From positions 24,862,001-24,926,000 of the forward strand of contig OZ024758.1 in the NCBI GenBank assembly GCA_964016885.1: 64,000 nucleotides of DNA. Reading direction: 5' to 3'. The stretch's first letter is position 1; every line of letters starts with the position of its first letter. A program made the position numbers and the translations under genes. This DNA comes from Eledone cirrhosa (Eukaryota). Positions 1-18,723 of this stretch are shown here, in pieces. The notes beneath the pieces were generated by a model. The model was given only the letters and a program-made list of their open reading frames with translations, was not told the DNA's origin and did no database searches.

Positions 1-128
1 TATCGACCCCGTAAGGATGAAAGGCAAAGTTAACCTCGGCGGAATTTGAACTCAGAATGGCAAGGGCCGTAACTATGCGTCAAAGCATGGCGTCCGACCC
101 TCTACCGATACTGCCAATCCACCGCCCT
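1..128 (-). mobile_element. tRNA-derived SINE, family S1 (5' part, cut by window edge)
   Basis: Reverse complement has A-box-like TGGCAGTATCGG and B-box GAGTTCAAATTCC followed by the core CGCCGAGGTTAACTTTGCCTTTCATCC seen in >20 copies in the window. Confidence 0.85.
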
Positions 129-151
129 TATATATATAATTTTCTATTTCA

Positions 152-316
152 GAGCTCCTACAGTTTGGAAGAGAGGCTGCTTGCAAGTGTATGGACTCAT
201 GATCGTCTGCATTCTGGCAAGAGCATGGAGGATGTGGGACATGACTTCACTGCAAGATTCGGCAAACCAGCTCTTCCGAAGATGACGATACTGCGATGGG
301 AACATAAACTGTTTCT
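152..316 (+). pseudogene. Tc1/mariner-type transposase N-terminal HTH fragment
   Basis: Translation YSLEERLLASVWTHDRLHSGKSMEDVGHDFTARFGKPALPKMTILRWEHKLF resembles the N-terminal HTH (DUF4817-like) of mariner-type transposases; no catalytic domain follows. Confidence 0.55.
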
Positions 317-368
317 CATTACTTTTTGGTAGGGGGGGGGGGGGGGTCAAGACTAGTTTATACAAACA

Positions 369-476
369 AAATGTGAAATAAAGAGGCTTGCTCAAAGACA
401 ACGCACTGCTGGGATCGATCTACCAACATCACGATTGTGAACTGAACACCTTAACCCCTAAGCCACGCGCCTTCAA
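369..476 (-). mobile_element. tRNA-derived SINE, family S2 (V/Meta-like central box)
   Basis: Minus strand: tRNA-like head then TGTCTTTGAGCAAGCCTCTTTATTTCAC; homologous to copies at 11293, 13700, 39526, 60190. Confidence 0.7.
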
Positions 477-729
477 AAGTATATTAATAATCATATATTT
501 CACATTAACTTAGAATTCTTTCTCAGTGCTGGATTAGTATGACCCCCCACCCCTCCACACATAAAATACTAAATAAAAAATACCAAGATTAATTCGTGCT
601 CCCATTAATAAAAAACACACGTACTTCCTTCTGTTATATAAACTATGAGTCATGTCTTTAATTTGCTTATATATATATATATATGCGTGTGTGTGTGTGT
701 GTGTGTACATACGCATACATACACACGCG

Positions 730-783
<54 letters not shown>

Positions 784-1561
784 TATATATATATATATAA
801 TGTGAGAGAGAGAGAGAGACTTCTTTTTTTCCCTTCGTGTTTTCACACGCGCGTGTATGTCGACGAATGTACACACACAATGGTAATTTCTGTAAAGATA
901 CTTATGTTTATAACTAAAGATAACATTAACATTTGTGCTTATATGAAGTCTATAAAATCATTAACTTATCTAAATATAATTATATAACAGTTATTTCCTT
1001 CATTAAATCTATATGTCAACAGCTATACAATAGTGAATGTGTATTATAACGATATGGGACATGAAACTTGTAAGAATGCAACATAAATGGTAAAAATGTT
1101 TTAAAGAAATGAGAATGTGCATAAAATATAATCAAATATGACATCAGATAAGATGAAAAAATATGATAAACAAACTGAATGCTGGTATGATATAATCACT
1201 GTAAAAAATCTTTTGTTAAAATGTGCAAAGTAAGGAATTGCTTTTTTTTTAAAATAACGAATTACAAAAGGGATGTGCATTGGGTTGATTTTATCAACTT
1301 AGGAAATTATGAGAATAAGAAAATTCTTTTGTAGGTCATCGTGTTAAGAACATTAAGATTCTTGTTGCTTTGATAATGAAAGGAAAGATGAATTATTTGT
1401 GTATATGCTATATCTTCAGCAATGTTAATAGATAGTTAAATCTTATGAAATGCATATAGGGTTTGATCAAATATTATGGTTCTTTAATTATATGGACTCA
1501 CTGAGAATATATTCAAAAGCCGATTGTATCAGCATTTACATTCATTCAGTTCAAGGTAAAT

Positions 1562-1795
1562 TCATACAGAAAATGATTCATCCCCGTCCCAAATCATCTG
1601 GAAACTCAAAAACCAAGGATCTGAATACACTCCAATAATATGGAACCTCATCATCGGTAAAATTGACTCCATAAACCAGGAAACTGCAGGCTATGTCTAA
1701 CTGAACGGTTCCATATATTAAACTGACAGCTACATCATTTAATCGGAAATCAGAAATGTTATTGTCGCTGTTGACAAAAATATATTTTGGTGAGT
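1562..1795 (+). pseudogene. Penelope-like element GIY-YIG endonuclease C-terminal relic
   Basis: Frameshifted translation ENDSSPSQIIWKLKNQGSEYTPIIWNLII / CRLCLTERFHILN / FNRKSEML matches the typical PLE end pattern (SxxIWxLK...W.II...CxLCLxE...I...LNxxSE). Confidence 0.7.
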
Positions 1796-2072
1796 TCCAC
1801 ATGCCCTAAAATCTTCGGTCCACTTTCAAATCCACGACCAACAGATTCAACGAGTACCACAGAGTAGCTACCCCTTGATGTTCACATACTCTACCTCATA
1901 GTCGACCACTTGACGCGCCAAGATCAATGGAAAACAACCTAACTGGTGAATAGCAAAATCTCTGTTTCACCCATTCACTAATTATAACCTACACGAACAT
2001 ACATGTGCATTAAATTTTGAGTATCAATCGAGTGAATCATCAGTTGATTTGTAATAAATAGAAACTCTACAC

Positions 2073-2354
2073 CAGACATGTCAAACATGCTTTACAAGCA
2101 CACCTGCGGCTCACACAAAGGTTTTTACAGGGCGAGCTTGTTTTATCTTCGTAATATAAAATTTAAAAAAAATAGTTGTAATGTGCGCAATTAGTTGTCG
2201 TGTGTGACCCTCAGACAACACATGTGACCCATGTGGCCCTCAGACAACACATGTGACCCATGTGGCCCTCAGACAACACACATACGTGACCCTCAGACAA
2301 CACATGTGACCCATGTGGCCCTCAGACAACACACATGTGACCCATGTAGCCCTG
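2073..2354. mobile_element. hAT (Charlie-like) MITE with internal 29-bp tandem repeat
   Basis: CAG...CTG ends, imperfect 8-bp TSD CTCTACAC/TTCTACAT, sub-terminal G(T/C)GGCCC motif amplified about 5x (GTGGCCCTCAGACAACACATGTGACCCAT). Confidence 0.6.
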
Positions 2355-2559
2355 TTCTACATTATGCATTGGGTATTTTTTTCATCGTTCGTCTTTACCT
2401 GATTTATGGCTAATTGGACATTCGTTGGAAGACAAGTATTCTTATCCTTCAGTCCACAGAGAGAACTATGTAAAGGCAATATCTTACTTTTTTCTATGTA
2501 CAAAAAGAGAAACAGAATTTTCACAGCGAGGCCTATAAATTATAGTTATACATACATTA

Positions 2560-2727
2560 AGTTCCTTATGGGGTCCATAAATGAGTGTCTGGGGTTCCAC
2601 AAAATAAGGTAGAGGAGTATATATATATTACAACCATATAACAGTATTAGACTTTGGGGTTCACCCAAAAGTTTCTGAACCAAAAAGGGTTCTGCGTTTG
2701 AAAAAGTTTGGGAAACCTTGCCTTAGA
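2560..2727. mobile_element. hAT MITE right-end fragment
   Basis: GGGGTCC/GGGGTTCC motifs ending in AAAAAGTTTGGGAAACCTTGCCTTAGA. Confidence 0.45.
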
Positions 2728-2985
2728 TTGTTATATTGTATTTTGTGTTCCGCATAAATGGTGCGAATTATACACAAATACTATGCATATTATATTGGCC
2801 TTTTCATTAACTTCTAGTTTGAAATTATTGTTATTTTTAACCGAAAACCAGCTAAGGGAAGGAGTCAGTATCAGTTGCAAAATCTAATAATAATTCTGGA
2901 TGAAAACTGTCACAGATTTTCAAACTACATCCAAATTGAAAGCTCGTTAAATGAAATTTAGAGTAACTCTACAGAAGTATATATA

Positions 2986-3020
<35 letters not shown>

Positions 3021-3032
3021 ATCTATCTATCC

Positions 3033-3528
3033 AGGGTGGGTAAAATTCCCGAGATCCATGGACGAATTCTCTCCAGCAGTCTCTGTCCTTTATCATCGCC
3101 GCCATGTCCTACGTCTCCCAGAGACCAGTGTTTGTCCTTAGGGCATCAATACATGTTATCATCGGTCTCCCTCTTCTAGTGTGTCCCTGTAGGGGCTCCC
3201 ACAGGACCACTGTTTGCATGTCAACTTTGAATGTCGGTGAGGATGTCCAGCTTCTAGTGTGTCCATGTAGGGGCTCCCACAGGACCACTGTTTGCATGTC
3301 AACTTTGAATGTCGGTGAGGATGTCCAGCTTCTAGTGTGTCCATGTAGGGGCTCCCACAGGACCACTGTGTGCATGTCAACTTTGAATGTCGGTGAGGAT
3401 GTCCAGCTAACCTCAGTCTCCTCTGTGTTACTTTCGAGCTGACTTTTGGAAGGCTCTGAGTTCTTCATCCTCAGTGTAAACAGATTAATGTTCAGAGCCA
3501 CACTATGTTTTGAGGATAGCTCTGAACA
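3033..3528 (-). mobile_element. RTE-clade LINE 3' fragment with 78-bp triplication
   Basis: Translation VVLWEPLHGHTRRGRPMITCIDALRTNTGL is RTE RT C-terminus-like; 78-bp unit repeated 3x (3173-3408); homologous to 14724, 57042 and 58150. Confidence 0.8.
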
Positions 3529-5423
3529 TATATATAGATAGACAGTATGAATAAAATTTCAACACAAACGCATGCTACCTAAGGTTTCAAAATTCACCCA
3601 GCACAGGACGTAGACATTCTATGTCATAAGTAGCATGTGTTGAGATATTATTCATATAATATATTTTGTCTCTTTACATTACATAGAGTGCTCTTTTTTC
3701 CTTGATCTATTTCTCGGAAGCTCTTGGTAGTATATATAAGGAGAGAGAGAGAAGAGAGAATGGAGAGGATAACCGAGAAAATTATCTATTTATGTATTCA
3801 ATTATATATATATATATATAGGTCTCAAGTTCTCTATTTTGGTATCCTCATTTTTAATTGGAAACATTTTTAGGTGTCATAACCAACAAACTAATTCGCA
3901 CACTAAATGAGAACACATTCTAGATCTCACAGATTTTATCACTAAGTTAAACTTTACATCATTAACGTTCGTTATTACTCTACTTCGTGTTACTAGGAGT
4001 TGCGACTGGTAGATAGTATCAGTAATGGAAAAACCTATGGAAACATTGTTTCCTAGGTTCCATTTGACGAGTTCTACCCCTTTCGGTAAGCAAGTGAGGT
4101 TTGGAGTTTTGTCGATCGAACCCTATGCTACGCTATTCTCGTGTTACTACTTTATATTCAACTTACCTGCATCAGGTAAATTTTTAGAAGGAACATGTAT
4201 TGAAAGTTTATTGGTTTCTCTTACCTAGTCACGTGTTCTGTGTTTGTATAAAATTCTGGTGTTTATTTTATCAATACCGGAGATATGGAGGACAAATTCA
4301 ACCTTGGCAGTCTATGAAGTCAGAATTGTAAAGTGCTTTGTAGCACACATCCTCGGGGTTTTGGTAGACAGAAAACGGGTTTGCATGCGACAGAAATGAA
4401 AATAGAGTCCCGATATTAAGAACTGGATAGGAATGACACCAGCTCTGTCAACTCTCATACTTTGGGGTGGGTGAGAGATGTCTTCTCTTGTGAAAATGGG
4501 TATAGCTTTCATTATGTGAAATCTCCCCATTTTGCCTCATTTATCCCCGTTTGGAAAGACCAATGGAAACATTGTTTCTTTGGTCCGATTTAACGAGGTC
4601 CACCCCACTTGGAAGGCGAATGAGGACTGGGATCTTGTCGATCGATCCGATCGACAGAGTACTTGGTTTAAGTCGTCCAATGTATGTTGAGGATGAAACA
4701 GAAAGTTGCTCCTATTTTCAACATTAGATCAAAGTCCCTAATTGTTTAGTTTAACATTCATTACCAGCGGCTCTGATCCACTGATTAGGATTGTCAGACA
4801 TCGAGGCTTCCCCCAAACTCGAGTGTTAAGGATATAACAACAATGGTTTTGTTCAACAAAAGATAGTTAAAAAGATACAATCTGTAATGATTACTACTGT
4901 TCCAGATCAGCCATTGTTTCTGAACCTTTGTATAGTCATCCCTCTGCTAAAAATAGCAACCTAATCTCTTTCAAGTCCCATTCTACAGCCTTAAAGAAAC
5001 GTATGAAGCATTGAATGATGGAACGCGAGATAAACTATAAAATGGTGAGATGGTGAGATGGTAAGGAATAGAATGTTTTGATCATGTTTGCTTGATTAAA
5101 GCTCACACGAGACCAGACAACTACAGCTCCTGTTCAAATAATAACAAGGGACACTAATATCATGCAATGAATCATTACAGCAACATCAGATGCTTATGTA
5201 ATAAAAAAGGATATTTGTTTAGTATATATGTGTGTGTGTTTGTATATACGTTTACATATACATATATAAAACTACTGGAGATATACGTATATCTGTGGGT
5301 GTATGTTTTGATTGTAATAGTTTTTTAGACGTGCATATATATATATATATATGTCGACTTTTGATTACGTATGTGTCTATATCTGACTGTTTGTATGCAG
5401 GTGTTTCTTCTCTCGCCTCTCTC

Positions 5424-10840
<5,417 letters not shown>

Positions 10841-11177
10841 GGTATATACATATGTATGGCGATATCTTATGGCTAAAACAGCACGGCGTGCTGTGACCAG
10901 CGGCGCCGATTGGTGATCAAGGTGATATATATATTTATTAAAATAACAGATCAAAGTTTAAGCAAAGAATCGCTGCTTTCACCCTTAACGGGATCTTCTG
11001 AAACTAAAAAAAAAAAAAAAAAAAAAAAAAATCAATCTGTGAACGCAGAAGTAAATATTTCGAAAAACGTTGCAGCCGAAGGAAAACGATACTTTGGTTC
11101 GTGGAGCTGTTCCCTGGCAATGATATATATTTATCCTTATCGAGCCCTCTTTGGATTTTAGTCTTCAAATGTATTAC

Positions 11178-11212
<35 letters not shown>

Positions 11213-11292
11213 CTAGTATATTCCCTGCCAAGAGTGTAGTAACAAATATTTCAGTTATCCATGATTATAACATTCGATGTGAAGACGTTTGA

Positions 11293-11490
11293 AGGCTTAG
11301 TGGTTTGAGATTCGCAATCTCACGATTGCGAGTTCAATTCTCGGACCGGGTGATCCGTTGTGTCCTTGAGCAAGACACTTTATTTTTTCACGTTGTTCCT
11401 TCTGCCAGGAGTTGTGACTGGTAGATAGTATCAGCAATGGAAAGACCAATGGAAACATTTTTCTTTGGTCTGATTTGACGAGGTCCACCC
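11293..11490 (+). mobile_element. SINE family S2
   Basis: GGCTTAGTGG A-box-like, GAGTTCAATTC B-box, GTGTCCTTGAGCAAGACACTT box; 3' tail shared with 3997-4125, 4552-4650, 39650-39740 and 60190-60290. Confidence 0.8.
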
Positions 11491-12344
11491 AACTCGCTCA
11501 GAGCGATGTGAAGGCGCTTAAAACTACAAGTTTTCCTTGACCTTCATAATCTCCAATCTGCTTCCTTGCTGTTGTTGTTCTTCTTCTTGTATAGTCCCCA
11601 ACATATTGAGCCATTGTGGCCAATAAAAGGAAATATTGTTGGAGCTCCAGCAAAAAATCCCTTAAGATATTTGTTCCGGTTCTTTACAGCCGGAAGTCAA
11701 ATCCCTCCATGTCAACTTTTCCCCTCGCCCTTTCGTATATTCTCAAACCATGTTGTATATTACAACACCCTGGTCCTTTAACGCAGAGGTACTCAAACTT
11801 TTGGGCCCCCTTCCCAGCCACGTAGTACCCTCAGCGCCCCCCAACCCTATTTCCAGAGAGACCTATCTACATGCAAATAATATATAATAAATAATATAAT
11901 ACTATGTATAAATAAATATTATATATTTTACTATACATATATATTTCGTTTCTGAATTTGTTTAGCAAGATTCTTTATCTGAAAACGTGTGTTGAAACCG
12001 ATATTGTTATACTTTGGGAGGGTCATGTTGCCAATAAGAAACACACGTACCAGTTGCTTTCACTTCAATTTATTATAATAAATTTATAAATTTAGGAATT
12101 TATAAATTTCTGGTTGGTTGATTGGTTCCACAACCAGATAGTTGTTTATATATTGTCAAAGTTCTTTCGTCATACACTCTGTGACCTCTTCAGTGACTGG
12201 GGATTCTTTTCTTTGTTTTTGTGCCTCTCCTTTGTTCTGTTCTACGCCATTTTGTTTCTGTGTGTGTGTGTTGTGTGCTCAGTCTGCGCAGACTGAGCAC
12301 ACAACACACACAGAAACAAAATGGACCTTAATAATATTTGTTTA

Positions 12345-12980
12345 ATAATGGTTTCTGGTTTTGGCACAAGGCTAGCAATTTTGGAGCAGGGGAAAGTCGA
12401 TTAAATTGACCCCAGTGCATTAGCAGGTACTTTATTTTATCGACAGCCATAAGGATGAACGGCAAAGCTAACCTCGGTGGGATTTGTACTCAGAACGTAA
12501 AGGGCCATAACTATTCTGCAATGCACGGTGTCTGGCGCTCTACCGATACTGCCAATCCGCCGCCATTTTTTGTACAATATAATCGTTTCTACTTTAGGCA
12601 CAAGGCCATCAATTACCCCCAGTACATTACTAGTACTTCATTTTATCGACCTCGTAAGGATGAAAGTCAAAGCTAACACCGGCGGGATTTGAACTCAGAC
12701 CGCAAAGGGACGTAACTATGCTGTAGAGCATGGCGTGCGACCCTCTACCGATTTCGCCAATCCGCCGCCCCTTTTTTTGTACATTATAATCGTTTCTACT
12801 TTTGGTACAAGGCCATCAATTACTCCAGTACATTACTGGTACTTTATTTTATCTACCCCCGTAAGGATGAAAAGCAAAGTTCACCTCCGTGGGGATTTGA
12901 ACTCAGAACGTAAAGGGCCATAACTATGCCTTGAAGCATAGTGTCTGGCGCTCTACCGATTCCGCTAATCCGCCGCCACC
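12345..12980 (-). mobile_element. Three head-to-tail S1 SINE copies
   Basis: Three units of about 210 bp, each followed by the same TTTTGTACA(A/T)TATAA spacer. Confidence 0.88.
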
Positions 12981-13317
12981 TTTTTTGTACATTATAACGA
13001 CACTTTCGCATCACAGGTCAACAACCGATCACCGCTGATATATTTCTTTTGACCTGGGGAGGAAGTCTAAGTTTGGGGAAGCAGTTCTGACAAGGTTATT
13101 TATGTAAAGTTACCATAAGATATCCTTAGAGATAATGGAACTTAGCATTTATAGTGACTTTGAAAATGCTAGTTGTGAATTTGGTGGGAAGGGGAGGGTG
13201 TATAATGTGTCTTGGTGCTATTGAAATCAACTAAAATGGCGTGTCCTCATTACACGTATGACGTGGGGCTGTTGATGTCGTATGTAGAAGACGCATGCGT
13301 GCAGACGTTGAAGCAGG

Positions 13318-13355
<38 letters not shown>

Positions 13356-13534
13356 GAGAGTGTGCGCGCGTGCGTGCATACGTGTGCGCATGTGGGTATC
13401 TGAGTATATTTGTGTAGGTGTAGACACGTGTGCATGCATACGTGTGTGTGAGCGTATGTGAGTATGTTGTCTGTGCGTGCATGCATACGTATCTGTGTCC
13501 GTGGGTACATGCATGCGTGTGTGAGTGTGATGTC

Positions 13535-13567
<33 letters not shown>

Positions 13568-13599
13568 GCGCGCGTGCGTGCGTGCGTGCGCGTGTGTGT

Positions 13600-13845
13600 G
13601 TGTGTCAGCTCACTCCTATGCAGGTTTAGCTGGCCTCCAAGGTATATCTCGTTGGAGGTGTCTTGGGTGATTTAATGATAGGGACCCTAGTCCCTATCAT
13701 CTCATTTCTACAGCTGAGTAAACTGGAGCAATGTGAAATAAAGTGCCTTGCTCAAGGAAACAACACATCACCCGGTCTGAGAATTGAACTCACAACCTTT
13801 CGATTGCAAGCCCAATGCTCTAACCACTAAGCCATGTGCCTTCTC
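13600..13845 (-). mobile_element. SINE family S2 variant with different 3' tail
   Basis: Minus strand GAAGGCACATGGCTTAGTGGTTAGAGC...GAGTTCAATTC...TTCCTTGAGCAAGGCACTTTATTTCAC. Confidence 0.8.
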
Positions 13846-13867
13846 TTTGAAATGAAACAGACAAACG

Positions 13868-13898
<31 letters not shown>

Positions 13899-14146
13899 AC
13901 AGTTAATTTCCATGGGTTAGAGTAAATCCTTTTAAAGAAAGCATATAGAGGAGTTTAGAGAAAATCACCTTGTTGGGTTGGAGGAATGAGAAAGATTTTT
14001 GTATATGGTAACTGTGTATAAGTGGTGATGTGTGTGTATATATATATATATATATACTATGAATAAAGAGTTCTAAACTCAAACAGTCCTTTACAATGAA
14101 ATAGCTCAAAGAAAGAAGTATTTCTGAGCCGTGTAATACAAGTTAA

Positions 14147-14345
14147 TATAAATTAATATATATGATAAACACAAATACCAACATATAAGTGTTTTTATTG
14201 TAAATGACTAAGTTAGCTAGAATGAAAAATACTAATTATAATAATTATAATGTATTATTATAATTAGTATTTTTCATTCTAGCTAACTTAGTCATTTACA
14301 ATACAAACACTTATATGTTGGTATTTGTGTTTATCATATATATTA

Positions 14346-14353
<8 letters not shown>
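14147..14353. repeat. Near-perfect long inverted repeat (arms about 97 bp)
   Basis: 14147-14243 is the reverse complement of 14256-14353 with one visible mismatch. Confidence 0.92.
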
Positions 14354-14385
<32 letters not shown>

Positions 14386-14402
14386 TAACTGTGTGTAAGT
14401 GG

Positions 14403-14438
<36 letters not shown>

Positions 14439-14440
<2 letters not shown>

Positions 14441-14624
14441 GAGTAGGACCCCGACGGCTGAGCTCAAGCCGTTTCGACGGCTAATTCAGTCCAGAATTAC
14501 CCGCCGAAACGGCTTGAGCTCAGCCATCGGGGTCGTACTCGTTCCTATTTCCCACTCTACTACCCTAAGTATTGAGTACTTTGGTGCGTTATGGTCCACC
14601 TGGTTCCTTACCACATTTCCTTTG

Positions 14625-14625
<1 letters not shown>
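14439..14625 (+). mobile_element. Fold-back element family D (half-hammerhead, putative PLE pLTR)
   Basis: GAAACGGCTTGAGCTCAGCC(G/A)TC motif in palindromic arrangement; further copies at 19103-19275, 19360-19568, 19830-20010, 28035-28231 and 42162-42303, all abutting (TA)n. Confidence 0.7.
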
Positions 14626-14684
<59 letters not shown>

Positions 14685-14723
14685 TAACTGTGTGTAAGTG
14701 GTGGTGATTTATATATATATATA

Positions 14724-14893
14724 TGGGAGCCCCTACATGGACACACTGGAAGAGGAAGACCAAGGTTAACGTATGTTGATGCCCTAAGGACAGACACTGG
14801 TCTGTTGGAGACGGAGGACAGGGCCGCGATAATGAGGGACAGAGACCGCTGGAGAGAACTCGTCCATGGATCTCAGGAATTTTACCCGCCCTA
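14724..14893 (+). mobile_element. RTE-clade LINE 3' fragment
   Basis: WEPLHGHTGRGRPRLTYVDALRTDTGLLE...RDRDRWRELVHGSQEFYPP. Confidence 0.8.
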
Positions 14894-15088
14894 GAAATAT
14901 ATATATATATATACATACAAAGGTTATATTTAATTTGTTGGAATTCAACAAACTTAAAAGTTTTATAACTGATATAAAGCACTCAACAATTTAGTGGAGT
15001 AAATATTCATTATATTAATATCCAGCGAACCTCCAACCGTCAAGGTTGTTCTTCTGCGGGTATGTCAACATTTATAAAACAAATTCTG

Positions 15089-15154
15089 TATTTTATCTGA
15101 TGAAAGCGCACCAAAATTTGCCTTGGTTGCCCTTGAAATATATATAATAAAATA
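15089..15154 (+). ncRNA. Minimal type I hammerhead ribozyme motif, family A
   Basis: TATTTTAT-CTGATGA-helix II-GAAA-T-ATAT-ATA-ATAAAATA: 8-bp helix I, intact core, palindromic helix III. Confidence 0.75.
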
Positions 15155-15511
15155 ATTATGGTTTTATAAATATAGTTTCCGTTTATTAATATAATGAATA
15201 TATATATACATACATATATATGAAAAAATGGGGAGAAGAATACTGCAGGTTGCACATGGATAACATGTAATAAAATGAGTCCCTCATCAGTGATTTGCCA
15301 ACGATCATCGATATTTCATTGCATTAAAGATCATATACCTCACGTCGGTGCAATAATAACTAAATTAAGTTATTAGGACAATTAAAACGCGTAAAGCGAG
15401 TGAGACAAGTAAACAACAAAGAGGAGAGCTAACCGTTATATATATATATATATATATATATATCTCACCACCACTTAGACACACATATATGGTAACTGTG
15501 TCTAAGTGGTG

Positions 15512-15551
<40 letters not shown>

Positions 15552-16507
15552 TAACTGTGTGTAAGTGTTGGTGGTATCGACGAAGAAGAGTGAAAAGAAT
15601 TTTGATTGGGTGGCTCGTATGAATGTTTGTATTTATGTTATTGTGGAGTTGAAGGGAAAATGCTCAGCAAATGCTGGGATTTTAGCTACACGAGCTATCT
15701 TGATTAAAGAATATCATTGAAATATTTTGTAAAGATGGTATTATAGATCCTTTTTTTTTTTTTTTTTTTGAAAAAATAAGTCTCAGAAGCCATGTTGTGA
15801 CATCGTTCGTCTTCCTTGATTATCGTTGCAGTGATAAGTAAAGGCCTCGCAATTGTCGATGATGAATCACTTCTCTAGCTTCTCTTTACTATGTATTACA
15901 GCTTGGAGCAAACTACTTAAAAATCGGGGGTTTGGTAGGCTTTAGTTGTGGGGGGTGAGACGGAAGGGGCTTACCTAGCAACTCTCATACCTAGCCATCT
16001 TGGGTGGATTAGAAGTAAAGCACTTTTATATCACAAGTAGTTATCGTAGAATTGATAGGGCTGGAGAAGTTTCGTTGCGGTTTAGAAACCAAATGTCTTC
16101 TTAAGTGGTTCTCAGTTTAATAAGAGAATTAAATACGGAACTAACGTAAATACAAATGATTATATCACAAATATGTTTTCTTAAGTATATTCTTTTATTC
16201 TTTCACTGGTTTTAATCATTAAACTGTGGTCTTGTAAGAATTTGGTTAATCATATTGACCCCAGTAGTTATTTCTAAACATCTGGTACTAATTTTATCGA
16301 CTTCTTTTCGTAGAACCGCTAAGTTACGGAACATAAACAAACAGTAAATGTAATCATAGACACGAGTACTAACTCTCTCTCTGAGAGAGAGAGAGTTAGT
16401 ACCCGTGAGAAAGTACCCTTGAGAGAAAGAGTTAGTACCAGAGAGAGAGAGAGGGGGAGAGAGAGGGGGGAAAGAGAGAGAGAGAGAGAGGGAAAAGAGA
16501 GAGAAAG

Positions 16508-16538
<31 letters not shown>

Positions 16539-16611
16539 GAGAAAGAGAGAGAAAACTCTAAATTCACGATAGTTATGAGAGTTAGTACCCGAGAGAGAGA
16601 GAGTTATTACC

Positions 16612-16655
<44 letters not shown>

Positions 16656-16925
16656 CGAGAGAGCGAGAGAGCGAGAGAGCGAGAGAGTGAGAGAGCGAGA
16701 GGCGAGAGAGAAAGAGAGAAAGAGAGAAAGAGAGAAAGAGAGAACTCTAAATTCACGATAGTTATGTCCCTTGTTATTTTTTTTATAAATGCACTTTTTC
16801 AGTTCTTTTTCAAAATGGTTGACTTATTACATTTGTGTTTTCCTTCCAAAAATGTTTCCCGTTTTCTTTCTCTTCTTACTCTCATCTATCTTTCTATTCC
16901 TTCTTCTATCTTTTATTCTATCTTT

Positions 16926-17020
16926 TAATGAAGGACTGACGCCTGAAACGTTAAGACTCTTTTCCTACTATATGAAGCGTTAAGCTAATATATTTGTACT
17001 GCATTGTTTTCCTCTGTTGT
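16926..17020 (+). mobile_element. Degenerate HHR-bearing repeat, family E
   Basis: TAATGA-AGG..CCT-GAAACGTTA plus a tail similar to the minus-strand copies at 40860-40962 and 42920-43032. Confidence 0.4.
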
Positions 17021-18679
17021 TTTTCCTTCTCATATATGTGTGGGTGTGTGGGGGTGTGTATATGATTATATATGATGGGTTCCCACACAGATTCCATGTT
17101 ATCCTAAATATCCAGAAAAAAAGACAGGATGTTCATAAATGGAATGCCGTTAATCATAGTTGTGCACAACGAGAGTAAAACTAGTACAACACCGGATAAA
17201 AATTCCTTTCGAGGTTTTTAGTTTTGTCTGTGTGTGTTCTAATTCAAAATGTCGTCTCTGCTTTGTATTCCTCTATCGTCGATATAATATAGTCCTGTTT
17301 TATTTTACAGTAAACTCAGTCCTACACTTATGAATAATTACATATTGTAAGAATTCTTTATTATTACAAGACGGCGCCCGACATTCTCTGACTGATTTAA
17401 AGCAACAAACACACAGAAAAATTAAATTCATTAAAATCGCGTAATGAAAAAGAAAAAGAATTTACAAACATATTTCAAAATATAAAATATTGAAATTTGT
17501 TTCATAAATTATTTACAATATTCTAAATATTTTTTTTTTTTTTTTTTTTTTGCAGAAATTAATTCTTGATTGTACTTTAATAGTGTAAAGTTATATTTTT
17601 CACACAGAGTTAACATCCAACGCATCTACAAACACATATGTTAACAATCAAAGCTCGTTGTATGTGTAGGTTAATGGTTAAAGCACGTGTGTATGTGTGT
17701 AGTAAGTTAATAGTAAAAGCATCCCATCTATACACAAGTTAAATGCCGAAACCCCGGTGAGCGCAAAGAAATTCAAAATGAAAACCGGAGAATTTTGTTT
17801 AGAGTATATCACACACTACAATCTAGGTAGAAAAATGACTGTTTGAGGCACTCCTAAGTCTTTATATGTTATCTAAAATATTACATCATATTTTCGATAT
17901 AACTTCAACTCTTCCATACTTTGTATAATTACTGAAATGCTTATAATTTTACTCTTAAATATAATTTAGTAAACATATTTATTTAAATAGTTTCTCATCT
18001 ACACTCAAAATGGAACTGGTGGCGTTAAAAAGTAGTGGTGGAAGAAAAAGCGAAGGTGTGTTTCTTAAATACCACACGACTGTTTAACCATATTTAATAA
18101 ACCTAAGAATTTTACTTTTCTGGAGAGGCGTTTGTGTTACAACACTGACAACATTTCCTAAATATATTTACTATGAAAGTAAAGGATATGCGTGACTTTG
18201 AGTTCAGACAAAATAACTAGTTTGTATAATGTAGGATAATGTAGGATTTTATGTATGAAATCAACCTCTCTCTACATAGCTTAACTTCTATTTGTCTGAT
18301 AACTGACATATTGCATTCATTAAAGTCATACTCTAGATTGAAAAATATTTTTAAAGTCTCATCGCAAAATGCCAGGTTTAGATAACGAATATTTTATAAC
18401 CTTTAACTGAATGTGAAAACTGATAGTGTTTCTTAGTTGTTTTTCTTCGTATATTTTTGGTTGGTTTTGTTGTAGTTTTTTCGCGTTTATTTCTTTAAAG
18501 CGAAGACACAGTTAATTGTTTCTTACATAAAGACTGAAATTAGTGAAAGAGGAAATAAAACATCGAGATGTTTATATATTTCTTAATAAAATAAATGATA
18601 AATAACGGAAAAACGTAAAAAAAAAAAAAAAATCATAAAACTTGCTTTCATTTTTTTGTTTTAATTTAGTTTGTATAAA

Positions 18680-18723
<44 letters not shown>

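Noticed and set aside
1578-1802. 74-aa minus-strand ORF
   Set aside because: Antisense to the plus-strand Penelope-like relic
1895-1940. Minus-strand peptide LFSIDLGASSGRL resembling an FGGY sugar-kinase N-terminal motif
   Set aside because: Immediately followed by a stop with no further similarity; treated as chance
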